Source of the DNA: a virus
Lineage: Duplodnaviria > Heunggongvirae > Uroviricota > Caudoviricetes > Demerecviridae
DNA length: 64,000 nucleotides
Reading direction: 5' to 3' (one strand)
Virus record (IMG/VR): IMGVR_UViG_2974570554_000001
This document shows, piece after piece, positions 6,840 through 16,732 of this stretch. The notes under the pieces were generated by a model. It was not told where the DNA came from. It saw nothing but the letters and a program-made list of their open reading frames with translations, and ran no database searches. The translations under genes and the position numbers were made by a program. Numbering within the stretch: the stretch's first letter is position 1; each line of letters opens with the position of its first letter.

Positions 6840-7508
6840 CTATAGTAGCTCCATTAAAGATATTAGCTCTTTTGCCATATCTTCCTTGAGAAGTAGAAAC
6901 TCTGTGCCACCATCTCCTTCGAGCCTATGTCTAAATTCTTCATAGTTGCATAAGATAGTGCTTTCTATTTCTTTTGCATCCGGTGTGTGTTTTATTAAAA
7001 TTACCACTGGTTCGGTTATATTTTGCCCAGATGCTACGCGTTTTATCCGCGCCCTTACCTTCTGTTTTGTACTTACTCCAATCTTGTATATATTAGTCGA
7101 GGGTACTCTCCATATATACACAGTATCAAACATCTTGCCAGCGCATGAGGGGCATCCACTGCCTCTAACTACCTGCCCATATTCTGCCTCCCATTCGTGT
7201 AAGCATACTTTACAATGAAAGAGATTTTTACTATGCCTATTCTTGTACTTAGACATCAAGAGTATACTCCCATGTACCTTTAGTATATCGGATTCAGCTA
7301 CCTCTTGTGTACGTTTTGTGGAGCTACAATACGGACATTTAGTGCCTCTAAATATATTATCTGGTGTTGTTTTCCAGGTGTGTCCCTTATTACAGCTAAA
7401 AGTATGCTGCTTATTGGAGCCTATATAGGCTCCAATAATTTTTACCTCACCCTTATGCGTCTCTAGGATGCGTTGATTTACTTCTTCAGTAGTAAGTTTT
7501 CTTCCCAT
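6840..7508 (-). CDS. Putative homing endonuclease: two Zn-ribbon repeats plus a GIY-YIG (T5orf172-like) domain
   Basis: CNKGH..W..CPYC and CKVCLHEW..CPSC repeats; VYIW...YKIGVS and GGTEF motifs. Confidence 0.7.
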   Translation of the reverse strand: MGRKLTTEEVNQRILETHKGEVKIIGAYIGSNKQHTFSCNKGHTWKTTPDNIFRGTKCPYCSSTKRTQEVAESDILKVHGSILLMSKYKNRHSKNLFHCKVCLHEWEAEYGQVVRGSGCPSCAGKMFDTVYIWRVPSTNIYKIGVSTKQKVRARIKRVASGQNITEPVVILIKHTPDAKEIESTILCNYEEFRHRLEGDGGTEFLLLKEDMAKELISLMELL

Positions 7509-7520
7509 TTATTAATCCTC

Positions 7521-9461
7521 TTAAGCAGTGCCTGTAATATAGAAACCAAATCGTACTTCTGGGATTTTATACGACACATCACGCTCGCCTAGTCTATTAT
7601 AATATGTGTTACGTCCCCACTCATTTGCAAGTATCTGTGCATTGGTTAGTTTGTAATATCCAACTAACTCTAGCTCATTCCTTGCCCAGTTTACACGTAC
7701 CTTATATTGTATACGAACAGCTTGCATTTTATTGCCAGAACTTGACTGCGGCCACCAGCTACTACCAATTCTGCCTTCACTATGACGAGACAGAGATACA
7801 TCCCTAAGTACACTATACCCTAGATTACCAATAAGTATTTCTTCTGGTTTATCACGCCTAAATGTAGTAAGTCTTAGAGCTGACCAGCCCGCAAAACCAT
7901 CTATTTTTGCCTGCATACTTGACTTTTTACCTGCAATCGTGCTGCTCGCCTCCCCATTCACAAATAGTGGACTAATATGTGCAGTTAGATAGTTCTTGCC
8001 GGTACTGCCTGGGGGTAGTTTGATCCTCTGCTTTACTACTTCTCTATAATAATATCCAACATCATTTGGATTATATATAGAGATACGAGGCCCACTGAAG
8101 GTCTGTTTAGTAAATCTAGCCCCTTGTTTTAGTTGTGCAAATGTTTTTGTCTCCGCCGGGAAGACAGCTGTTACCGCCGAATCGCCTCCTAGTATGAAAG
8201 GTGTATATCCTCTAGTCTTCGATGCTATTAGGTATTCGCCTTTATTTCCTTTATATTTAATTTCATTCGCCGAGAAGTCTAGCGATATATCAGTGCCTAT
8301 CAGTGCTGATGGTGTATGCACTAGGGGTAATGGTATATCATAGAATGGGTTAGTATAATTAGCATTCCATGTCTTATCCGCACTGGCGGTAAAGAAGTGT
8401 AGAAAAGGATAGTCTGCTAGTTGTTGCAATGTTAATCCTTTTACTAACTTATCAAAGAAACCGTGTTTAGTATACGAGGTATTTTTACTCTGTACATTAG
8501 TTTCACTAGGTGCTGGATCGGATATTAACATACCATTCTTCATAGCTAGATCACCAACTACCATATCCTCTCTAGAAATTTTGATACCATCTTGGATTTT
8601 TGGCTTAATATGTTCTAGGTTATTCTGAGAATTATATCTTACATTAAGTACATAAACTCTGATTTTTGAATTATATGTGCTTGGTTTTGTTGGAGAGTAG
8701 GTTATTATTTTTGGGGGAACTTTATCCTTGGTACGAATCCAGTTCTCTGATATACCACCTGGACCAAATAAGTTTGTAAGGTTTCTAGTTGGGTTGGTGT
8801 AGCTAGCTGATGTGTTTCTTGAGGTTGTCTTTGAAATATCTGCTGTTCTATAATATTGATATCCATATTTGTCATCTTTTTGTAACCCAGATACATTCCA
8901 TACACCAGTTCTATCTACTGCTACTTTAACACCTTGGTCTATCGTATTATCAGCACTATCTAATGCTAACTTGTATAGAGTTAGTGGATCCCAATGCCCA
9001 TATATTTGAGACGTATTAGGTACTGGACTTCTAGGGTATGGTGAAGTACCGTCTGCAAAACCACCACCGTGGTAATTACCAACAAATAAGTTAAACACAC
9101 TAGCTTTGGCGCTTTTAGAATTATAAGACCCTACAGGTGCATGCCTTACTCTATCTGGATATAGTGCTACCTTAGTAGCGTACATGATATTTTTCTGGTT
9201 CATGTAGTCCCATACTTTTTGTGGTACTATAGGCTCATAGTAGTGAGTATATTTTCCATCAATAGTTATACCAGGACCAGTTCTTAAGAACCTCCATTGA
9301 GTAATTTCAACAATATCATATATTGCTAGGTATGGTATATCTGAGTGAAACAGTGTCGAAGCTATAGGTGCTCCGTGAAGTTGTGAAATAGACTCATTAC
9401 CACTAGTTACGTGCAGCAGCGGTCTATTATCTGAGGGCTTTCTGCCCATAAAAAGTGCCAT
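7521..9461 (-). CDS. oad: Receptor-binding protein (T5 pb5/Oad-like, 646 aa)
   Basis: Divergent from terS as in T5; TLFHSD and PKI..VYVLNVRYN..IKIS motifs resemble pb5; GGAGG SD fixes the start at 9461. Confidence 0.8.
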   Translation of the reverse strand: MALFMGRKPSDNRPLLHVTSGNESISQLHGAPIASTLFHSDIPYLAIYDIVEITQWRFLRTGPGITIDGKYTHYYEPIVPQKVWDYMNQKNIMYATKVALYPDRVRHAPVGSYNSKSAKASVFNLFVGNYHGGGFADGTSPYPRSPVPNTSQIYGHWDPLTLYKLALDSADNTIDQGVKVAVDRTGVWNVSGLQKDDKYGYQYYRTADISKTTSRNTSASYTNPTRNLTNLFGPGGISENWIRTKDKVPPKIITYSPTKPSTYNSKIRVYVLNVRYNSQNNLEHIKPKIQDGIKISREDMVVGDLAMKNGMLISDPAPSETNVQSKNTSYTKHGFFDKLVKGLTLQQLADYPFLHFFTASADKTWNANYTNPFYDIPLPLVHTPSALIGTDISLDFSANEIKYKGNKGEYLIASKTRGYTPFILGGDSAVTAVFPAETKTFAQLKQGARFTKQTFSGPRISIYNPNDVGYYYREVVKQRIKLPPGSTGKNYLTAHISPLFVNGEASSTIAGKKSSMQAKIDGFAGWSALRLTTFRRDKPEEILIGNLGYSVLRDVSLSRHSEGRIGSSWWPQSSSGNKMQAVRIQYKVRVNWARNELELVGYYKLTNAQILANEWGRNTYYNRLGERDVSYKIPEVRFGFYITGTA

Positions 9462-9483
9462 AAATAATCCTCCTGTTTTGTAT

Positions 9484-9512
9484 ATTATATCTAGATTTGA
9501 GTCGCTTGTCAA
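9484..9512 (-). promoter_or_regulatory. sigma70 promoter for the RBP
   Basis: Perfect TTGACA-N17-TATAAT on the - strand. Confidence 0.85.
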
Positions 9513-9532
9513 ATTTGGTTTTTAAATTTTTG

Positions 9533-9561
9533 TTGACATTTAGGTTTGAAGATGTTATATT
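9533..9561 (+). promoter_or_regulatory. sigma70 promoter for terS-terL
   Basis: TTGACA-N17-TATATT. Confidence 0.8.
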
Positions 9562-9580
9562 AATCAAAAAGGAGAGGAGT

Positions 9581-10051
9581 ATGACAGATAAACTACTACC
9601 AGATATTATACAACCGGAAGGACTACAGGTCGCAGAGATGTACTTGATGCTAGGTGGGGACTCTAAGAGAACTGCTACCGAGCTAAATCTTCCTGTGGCT
9701 GAAGTGGAAGCCCAACTAAAGAAAAATGAAGTACGTACTTATATTAATAGACAATTTCATGAGCAAGGATTCAGAAACAAATTTAGAATCTTCGGTGTTA
9801 TGGATCAACTATTAAATATGAAGCTTGAAGAAATCCAAGATACACAAGTAGGTACTAGCGTAGATATTGTAGACCTAATCAAAGTAATGCATAAGATGAA
9901 GATGGATGAAATGAAGATGGAAGTGGAGATGCTTAAAGCACAGGGAGCTACTGCCGGTCCTACAAACCAAACTAATATCCAAAACAACATTAACATGCCT
10001 GGCGGTGACGATGAGAACTATATGGCTCTCATAAATAAACTGGTGGGATAA
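9581..10051 (+). CDS. terS: Terminase small subunit
   Basis: GGAGAGGAG SD; N-terminal HTH; TAATG coupling to terL. Confidence 0.85.
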   Translation: MTDKLLPDIIQPEGLQVAEMYLMLGGDSKRTATELNLPVAEVEAQLKKNEVRTYINRQFHEQGFRNKFRIFGVMDQLLNMKLEEIQDTQVGTSVDIVDLIKVMHKMKMDEMKMEVEMLKAQGATAGPTNQTNIQNNINMPGGDDENYMALINKLVG

Positions 10052-11370
10052 TGTTCTGTTCTAGAGATTATATTAACTGTGATGAACTACTAGACTTCCC
10101 ACTAGATAAGCGATTTTTTGCTTTCGACGTGAAGAAGTTTATTAGCCAAATGAAAGCGGATAATGGACAGCCAATTATCCCTAACAGACCTCAAATAGCT
10201 ATTATTAATGCTGTAAACGACCCTAGACATCGTTTCGTAGTTGCATGTGTTAGTCGACGTGTAGGTAAATCATTTATCTCATTCGCACTAGCATTCTTGA
10301 AGTCACTAGAGCCTAATAATAAGATTCTAGTGGTAGCACCTAACTACTCTCTAGCCGAAATCGGTTGGGGTGAGATTAAGAAATACATCAAACAGTTTGG
10401 CTTGAAGACTGTTAAAGAAAATGCTAAAGATAAAGAAATTCTTTTATCTAATAATACATTAATTAAATTGGCTTCTGCTGAGAGAGCAGATAGTGCCGTA
10501 GGTCGTTCATATGACCTTATCATCTTCGATGAGGCTGCACTATCAGATAAAGGTGGGGATGCATTCCAGGTTGCACTACGTCCTACACTAGATAAACCTA
10601 ACTCTAAGGCTATCTTCATTAGTACGCCTCGTGGTTCTAACTACTTTAAAACATACTTTGAACAAGGTAAGTCTCAAGACCCTAACCTTGCTAACTGGGT
10701 ATCAATTCACGGTACATGGCGTGACAATCCTCGTGCTAGCCCAGAGGATATTGAACAAGCTCGTATTACTAACTCGGATCCTTACTTCCGTCAAGAATAC
10801 GAAGCTGACTTCTCGGTATTCGAAGGTCGTATCTACGAAGCATTTGCTATTGATAGACACGTTAGAGACCTTAGTGAAATGGACTTCGATGATGATACTA
10901 GATATGAAACAATTATGGGTATTGACCATGGTTACAGAGATCCAACTGCCAGCGTAGTTCTTAAGTATGATTTAGAGGAAGACATATTCTATATTACTGA
11001 CGAGTATGAAAAACAATCTAAGACCACTCGTGTACATGCAGAGAAATTCCAGCAACAAATCGACGACTTTGATGTAGACATGATTTTCTGTGACTCTGCG
11101 GCAGCTCAGTTCCGTGCTGACCTAGCTTATGAATACGACATTGCAAGCATGCCTTGTAAGAAATCTACTAACGACGCTATTAACTATATAGCGGCATTAA
11201 TAGAACAGGATAAAATCATACTAGATATTAATTGTCCTCTAACTCGCGAGATGTTTATTAACTACAGGTGGGATCCGAAAGAGGGGTTATTGAAAGAACG
11301 CCCACTTCACAACCAGTATTCTCACTTAGCGGATGCTGTGAGATATGCAATCTACTCATACTGCAGATAA
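10051..11370 (+). CDS. terL: Terminase large subunit
   Basis: SRRVGKS Walker A, LIIFDEAA Walker B, GIDHG nuclease motif; 439 aa, close to T5 TerL. Confidence 0.95.
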   Translation: MFCSRDYINCDELLDFPLDKRFFAFDVKKFISQMKADNGQPIIPNRPQIAIINAVNDPRHRFVVACVSRRVGKSFISFALAFLKSLEPNNKILVVAPNYSLAEIGWGEIKKYIKQFGLKTVKENAKDKEILLSNNTLIKLASAERADSAVGRSYDLIIFDEAALSDKGGDAFQVALRPTLDKPNSKAIFISTPRGSNYFKTYFEQGKSQDPNLANWVSIHGTWRDNPRASPEDIEQARITNSDPYFRQEYEADFSVFEGRIYEAFAIDRHVRDLSEMDFDDDTRYETIMGIDHGYRDPTASVVLKYDLEEDIFYITDEYEKQSKTTRVHAEKFQQQIDDFDVDMIFCDSAAAQFRADLAYEYDIASMPCKKSTNDAINYIAALIEQDKIILDINCPLTREMFINYRWDPKEGLLKERPLHNQYSHLADAVRYAIYSYCR

Positions 11371-11395
11371 TCCGAGTAGAAATTATAAAACTCAC

Positions 11396-11424
11396 TTTAC
11401 ATTTACGCACTAGTACTATATACT
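11396..11424 (+). promoter_or_regulatory. Promoter for the head operon
   Basis: TTTACA-N17-TATACT followed by AGATTCATAAGTTAAGGAG, resembling the T5 PN25 initial transcribed region. Confidence 0.7.
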
Positions 11425-11451
11425 AGATTCATAAGTTAAGGAGAAGAAGTT

Positions 11452-11925
11452 ATGGCAACTAATACCAACAAACGAGTAGCAACAAAACATATTCGCGATG
11501 GTATTAAGTCTAACTATTCCAAGAAAGACTATTGTGAGATTTGTGGTACGGAGCACGATTTAGAGCTTCACCACTACCATACGGTATCTCTACTTCTTAA
11601 ACAGTATGCCAAAGAGAATGGTATTCCCATCTCAACTGACGAGCAGGTTCTCGCTATGCGGGACGACTTCTATAAAGCACATTGGCATGAATTAGTTGAT
11701 GATACCGTAACCCTTTGTAATAGTCACCACGTAAAACTACACCAGATATATTCTCAAGAGCCTGACCTATCCACTGCTAGTAAGCAGAGAAGATGGGTCA
11801 AGATACAGCGAGATAGGCAAGGTGATTCTAGTGGAGAGACGATAATCAGTACGGGCGATAGCGCAGCTAATGCGTTGTGTAACTACATGGTTGCAACTAT
11901 TTCACTAGACAAATTTAAGGTATAA
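11452..11925 (+). CDS. HNH-type nicking endonuclease (T5-like, between terL and portal)
   Basis: CEICG..LELHH..TLCNSHHVKLH; conserved synteny. Confidence 0.8.
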   Translation: MATNTNKRVATKHIRDGIKSNYSKKDYCEICGTEHDLELHHYHTVSLLLKQYAKENGIPISTDEQVLAMRDDFYKAHWHELVDDTVTLCNSHHVKLHQIYSQEPDLSTASKQRRWVKIQRDRQGDSSGETIISTGDSAANALCNYMVATISLDKFKV

Positions 11926-11927
11926 AC

Positions 11928-13154
11928 ATGGGATTTAGAGACTGGTTAGTAACCAAATTAAACCCAGCCCAAGAACTTATAGCTAGAGAAGACCCTAGTT
12001 CTACTACTAGCAATAAGAAGCCTTTGACTACAACTCGTGCTTTTGAAGACGTAGAGGTTGTAAACCGTTGTGTTAACCTTTTAGTTGATAACGCTTGTCA
12101 AGTTAGATATGACATTAAAGATCAATACTCTTTTACCCCACTTGGTTCTGGAAAGGCCAAAGGTGGTATTCGTCAAGATAAAGTAAAAGAGTTACTTAAT
12201 GTTAGACCTAACCCATTTATGGACGCTAGTACTTTCTGGCGTCTAGTAATAATGGACTTTATCATGGAAGGTTGGGCATTTGTTCATTGGGATGGTTACT
12301 CATTATATCATCTACCTGCTGCTAATATGGAAGTATATGCTGATAAGAAACAGTATATTAACAGATATATTTATGGCGCTCAGGTAGAATTTCAACCAAA
12401 TGAGATTATCTTTATTAAGGATAACGCTTATAACAGAGGTAACTCAACTCAGATTGAGGGATTCTCTAGAATCTTGTCTAGCTTGGAAGGGCTAGTAAGA
12501 AGAGACAAACTGCTACAATTCAAAGAGAAATTCTTTGATAACGGTGCTGTATTTAGTTTAATACTTGAAACAGAAGCGGTACTAAACAAGAAACTTAAAA
12601 AACGTTTCGAAGAAGAAATATCTTTAGATTATAACCCACGCACAGGTCGTTCTAGTGTTAAGGTTCTAGATGCTGGTATGAAAGCCAAAACTCTAACACC
12701 TACTAGTTCTAAGGATTTGGATGTTAAAGCAGATGTTGACGATTTTGAACGTAAGGCATGTATTGCTTTAGGTATTCCACCATTATTACTAGACTCTGGT
12801 AATAATGCTAACATTCGTCCTAATATAGAGCTCTTGTTCTATATGACCATTCTGCCTATGATGCGTAAATTTGAATCAGTATTTGAGACATTCTTTGGTT
12901 ATGATATTAAATTAACTACAGATGATATTACAGCGTTAGCACCGGATGCTAAAGCTGAGGCCGAAGCAGTAACCTCTAAGGTAAATAATGGTCTTATCAC
13001 CCCTAATGAAGGGCGTATCGAGTTACGTTACGAACCTCTAGATGGTCAGGATATGGATAAGATTCGTATACCACAGAATATTGCAGGTTCTGGTACTGGA
13101 GTATCGGGACAGGAGGGTGGTAAACCTTCAAACTCGGACTCAGATGACAAGTAA
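11928..13154 (+). CDS. pb7: Portal protein (HK97 type)
   Basis: 408 aa; KFFDNGA, IALGIPPLLL and ITPNEGR portal motifs. Confidence 0.92.
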   Translation: MGFRDWLVTKLNPAQELIAREDPSSTTSNKKPLTTTRAFEDVEVVNRCVNLLVDNACQVRYDIKDQYSFTPLGSGKAKGGIRQDKVKELLNVRPNPFMDASTFWRLVIMDFIMEGWAFVHWDGYSLYHLPAANMEVYADKKQYINRYIYGAQVEFQPNEIIFIKDNAYNRGNSTQIEGFSRILSSLEGLVRRDKLLQFKEKFFDNGAVFSLILETEAVLNKKLKKRFEEEISLDYNPRTGRSSVKVLDAGMKAKTLTPTSSKDLDVKADVDDFERKACIALGIPPLLLDSGNNANIRPNIELLFYMTILPMMRKFESVFETFFGYDIKLTTDDITALAPDAKAEAEAVTSKVNNGLITPNEGRIELRYEPLDGQDMDKIRIPQNIAGSGTGVSGQEGGKPSNSDSDDK

Positions 13155-13383
13155 ACAAGTAAACTTTAATACAGTCTACAATGATTACGGTGATACTCTC
13201 CCAGATAAGAGCACTTTCTTTAATGACCCTAAAAACGAGGTCAGTAGAGTGATGCTTCGCTACCGCTATAAAGTAGATAGTGACTGTAGAGCCTTTAAAC
13301 GTTTTACAGATGAGTATGCCGAATTCGTAGCTGCATTAAAAGCATCTAAGAAACCTTCGGAGAATACTAATGAAGCTAAATAA
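13144..13383 (+). CDS. pb10: Head decoration protein, capsid-binding domain only (79 aa)
   Basis: Occupies the pb10 slot; GDTLPDKSTFF and AFKRFTDEY resemble the T5 pb10 N-domain (GEKLPESHIFF, VWKKFVEAY, recalled). Confidence 0.65.
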   Translation: MTSKQVNFNTVYNDYGDTLPDKSTFFNDPKNEVSRVMLRYRYKVDSDCRAFKRFTDEYAEFVAALKASKKPSENTNEAK

Positions 13384-13975
13384 GCCTATTGATATGGAGC
13401 TATCCGCTAGTTTCGTGGCTAAAGCAGCTAACGATGAAGAAGATTCTCCATTGGTAATTAAGGGCTACGCTAACACAGTCAATAAAGACCGTGCAGGCGA
13501 CGTAATCCCTAAAGACGCATGGCTAGGTAAGGATGCTCTTCCTAACTATGAAAAGAACCCTATCATTCTTGCATTCCATAATCACTCTATGCCAATCGGT
13601 AAGATGGTCAGTTATGAAGTAACCGACGAAGGTCTACAGATTGAAGCAGAGATTAGCAAAGCAGCAGGGCCTGTATATCAGCTAATTAAAGACGGTATCC
13701 TAAAAACGTTTAGTGTAGGTTTCCGTTGTCTAGATGCTGAATGGAAGAAAGACGAAGATATTTATTTAATTAAAGAACTCGAACTATACGAAGTATCGGT
13801 AGTTTCTGTTCCATGTAATCAGGACTCAACATTCGAAGTATCTAAGAGTCTAAACTCTTCTGATTACAATGAATTTAGAAAACAACTTCAAGCAAAGGCT
13901 AGCAAGCCGAGCGAAACTAACGAAGTTGACGTGTTAGAAAAGCTAGCCATCGAGCTAGGAGTTATTAAAGGATAA
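13370..13975 (+). CDS. pb11: Prohead protease (HK97 S78)
   Basis: GYAN..DRAGD, FHNH (catalytic His), FSVGF (catalytic Ser), YEVSVVSVPCN. Confidence 0.93.
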   Translation: MKLNKPIDMELSASFVAKAANDEEDSPLVIKGYANTVNKDRAGDVIPKDAWLGKDALPNYEKNPIILAFHNHSMPIGKMVSYEVTDEGLQIEAEISKAAGPVYQLIKDGILKTFSVGFRCLDAEWKKDEDIYLIKELELYEVSVVSVPCNQDSTFEVSKSLNSSDYNEFRKQLQAKASKPSETNEVDVLEKLAIELGVIKG

Positions 13976-13982
13976 GCAAATT

Positions 13983-15380
13983 ATGCCAATGACAGCAGAA
14001 CAAATCGCAGAACTACAAGAAAAACTAGGTATCAAAACAGTTGTAGACGCAGCTAAAGCAATTACTGATAAAGCTGAAGCAGAAGCTAAAGAGAAAGCTG
14101 AAAAAGCTCGAAAAGAAGCTGAAGATGCACGCGTTAAAGCTCTTGTAGATGAAGCTACGGGCGAACAAAAAGAAAAACTAGAGACAGCTCTAGCACTTAT
14201 TAAAGGTCTTTCGGATAAACTTGAAGAAGGTGACGTAGATGGCTTCGCTAAATCAGTAGAAGAAACTCAAAACCAAATCAAGTCAGTACGTGACGAAGTA
14301 GCTCAACTAATGAATGCTCGCGAAGGTAAAAACTCAATCGCAGTAGCAGTTGGTAAGGCATTCAAACTTGAATCTCAAACTGATTTCGAAGAAGAAGCTG
14401 AAAAAGCTGTTCTACTTTCTTTCATTACTAAGAAAGGTGTATTCGAAACAGATTTTGGTGCTAAACTAGAAAAAGCAGTAAACGATAGTTCATCTATCCA
14501 AGTTTCTAGCGAAAACTACGAAACAGTATTCTCAAATCGTATCCTACGTGACATTCAGAAACTACTAGTTGTTGGTGCTATGTTCCAAGAACTACCAATG
14601 TCAAGTAAGAAACTAACAATGCAAATCGAACCTGATGCACAAGATGCAACATGGGTAGATGCATCAACTTATGGTAAAGAAACTACTGTAGGTAACGAAA
14701 TCAAAGTTGCACTAACTGATATCACATTCAGTACATTCAAACTAGCAGCTAAAGCTTACATGACAGACGAAACTGAAGAAGATGCAATCACTGCACTTCT
14801 ACCAATTATCCGTCGTCACCTAATCGAAGCTCACGTACAAGCTATCGAGAAAGCATTCATGGGTGGTGAAGATACAGCTCCAGTAGGTAAACCAACTGGT
14901 CTATTGACTTTCGCTAAACTTGACAACAAACGTATCGCAACTACAGCGACACACGATGGTTCTACTAAAGTAGCTGCTAAAATGATTCATATGCTACGTC
15001 GTCAACTAGGTCTTAAAGGTCTACGTCTAGATGCTCTAGCTCTAATCGTTTCAATGGACGCTTACTACGATCTTCTAGAAGATGATGAGTGGCAAGACAT
15101 TAACCAAGTAGGCGCTAGCGCTTCGGTTAAACTACAGGGTCAACTTGGTCGTATCTATGGTATGCCAGTAGTTGTTTCTAGCTACTTCCCAGCTAAAGCA
15201 GCTAAGAAAGAGTTCTGTGCAATCGTTTATCGTAACGAATTCGTAGTTCCTCGCCAACGCCGTGTGACAGTTGAGTACGAACGTCGTGCTTCAGAACAAC
15301 GTGATGCGTACTACGTAACACAACGTCTGAACCTACAACGTTACTTCAACAACAACGTCGTAACAGGTACATACGCTTAA
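13983..15380 (+). CDS. pb8: Major capsid protein precursor with coiled-coil delta domain
   Basis: 465 aa; charged helical N-terminus then HK97-fold motifs; highly biased codon usage. Confidence 0.95.
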   Translation: MPMTAEQIAELQEKLGIKTVVDAAKAITDKAEAEAKEKAEKARKEAEDARVKALVDEATGEQKEKLETALALIKGLSDKLEEGDVDGFAKSVEETQNQIKSVRDEVAQLMNAREGKNSIAVAVGKAFKLESQTDFEEEAEKAVLLSFITKKGVFETDFGAKLEKAVNDSSSIQVSSENYETVFSNRILRDIQKLLVVGAMFQELPMSSKKLTMQIEPDAQDATWVDASTYGKETTVGNEIKVALTDITFSTFKLAAKAYMTDETEEDAITALLPIIRRHLIEAHVQAIEKAFMGGEDTAPVGKPTGLLTFAKLDNKRIATTATHDGSTKVAAKMIHMLRRQLGLKGLRLDALALIVSMDAYYDLLEDDEWQDINQVGASASVKLQGQLGRIYGMPVVVSSYFPAKAAKKEFCAIVYRNEFVVPRQRRVTVEYERRASEQRDAYYVTQRLNLQRYFNNNVVTGTYA

Positions 15381-15394
15381 TAGCGTCGATTACT

Positions 15395-15430
15395 AAGGGG
15401 TGAGGGCAGTTTGCTCCACCCCTTTTTCTT
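15395..15430 (+). terminator. Intrinsic terminator after the MCP
   Basis: AAGGGGTG/CACCCCTT stem followed by a T-run. Confidence 0.7.
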
Positions 15431-15443
15431 TATGGGGAATACG

Positions 15444-15986
15444 ATGGCAGAAATAATTACAATTGATGAATATAAAGCGTTTGCTAGTATTGAAGGTAAG
15501 AAGAATGACCCTCAAATCGCAGCACTTATTAAATCATGTTCTGAGATAGTACAAGAATTCATTGGCTATCCTCTTACAGCTACTGGTGATATAGAAACAA
15601 CCATCAGGACAAGAGCGCATACCACCGAGTATATGCTTCCTAACTTTGAGATGGATGTATCTGATGTTAAATACATACCTAGAGGTGATGATGCATCGAG
15701 CGGAGTATCTCTAGACAAACATGACTATTATGTTGCAGATACAGGTAAGCTAGAGTTATACTCTTTAGTGCCAAATAATGGAGATAGTATTCTAGTATCT
15801 TATAGTATTGCTGCACCAGATTTAGAGTCTATCAAGTTAGCAACTATGTTGTTAGTTAAGTATTATTATAAAGAAGAATTTAATAAAACATCAGTAGGCG
15901 CAGGTGGTCAGACAGTATCCTACCAAACAGGAAAGAACTTCCCGCCACATGTACGTGCTATTTTGATGATGCATAGGATGTTCTAA
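15444..15986 (+). CDS. Head completion protein (T5 p144-like)
   Basis: Position; head-tail connector-like MAEIITIDEYK and FPPHVRAIL termini; start reassigned to 15444. Confidence 0.8.
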   Translation: MAEIITIDEYKAFASIEGKKNDPQIAALIKSCSEIVQEFIGYPLTATGDIETTIRTRAHTTEYMLPNFEMDVSDVKYIPRGDDASSGVSLDKHDYYVADTGKLELYSLVPNNGDSILVSYSIAAPDLESIKLATMLLVKYYYKEEFNKTSVGAGGQTVSYQTGKNFPPHVRAILMMHRMF

Positions 15987-16732
15987 TGGCTATTTCTCAG
16001 ATGTTGGAAAATATTATACGACGCGAGTTAGACGACCGATCTAGTAAAGGTACCAAAAGGCAAGTTAAGTATGATGTGCAAACCGACGATACTAGAGAAG
16101 AGTCTAACGTAGCTACTATAAGTTTTAAATTCAGCAAACCTATAGCACAAGCAGAAGCCTCTGATAGAGGCAAAAATGTATTGGCTGGGGTTGCAAAAAA
16201 TCTCAATACACATCAACTAGGTGTAGTAGATGCTATCCTAGCACAATATGGCTTGACCAAGTCTGTTGGAAGAAAGAGGTCTAGAGGTACTGTAAATGTT
16301 CGTTTAGGTGATTACTTAGAGGAAGGTAGATCATTGGGGGTCAATACTGTAAAAGGTAAAATGATTTCCCAAACCAACCTACGCTCCCTTCTAGAAATTC
16401 TAGCTAAAGATTATTTAATTAGAGATATGAAGAAAGCAAATGCGCCACTTAAATACAGAACGGGTAGATTTGCTAACTCACTAGATGTGCGTTCTGTAAG
16501 AATTCAGGATACTGATACTGGTCGTAAACCAGAACTATCTATATTCTACAATTATATGACCTATCCTTACGCTACTTTCGATCCTAAGAAGTCTACTAGA
16601 CCTGCTATGTATAATCGTCCATCCTATGGTGCTCGTAACCCTCAAGTACTCATCGGAGACGCACTGGCTAAGGCTGCTAGAGATATAATTCATTCTAGGT
16701 ATAGAATAGACATTAGAGAGGCATTACAATGA
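15986..16732 (+). CDS. Tail completion protein (T5 p143-like)
   Basis: LKYRTGRFANS and YNYMTYPYATF motifs; synteny. Confidence 0.8.
   Translation: MAISQMLENIIRRELDDRSSKGTKRQVKYDVQTDDTREESNVATISFKFSKPIAQAEASDRGKNVLAGVAKNLNTHQLGVVDAILAQYGLTKSVGRKRSRGTVNVRLGDYLEEGRSLGVNTVKGKMISQTNLRSLLEILAKDYLIRDMKKANAPLKYRTGRFANSLDVRSVRIQDTDTGRKPELSIFYNYMTYPYATFDPKKSTRPAMYNRPSYGARNPQVLIGDALAKAARDIIHSRYRIDIREALQ

Noticed and set aside
13350-13930. Similar peptides KASKKPSENTNE (pb10-like C-terminus) and KASKPSETNE (protease C-terminal linker)
   Set aside because: Short, low-complexity linkers with weak DNA identity; could be chance or a processing motif, but not supportable here
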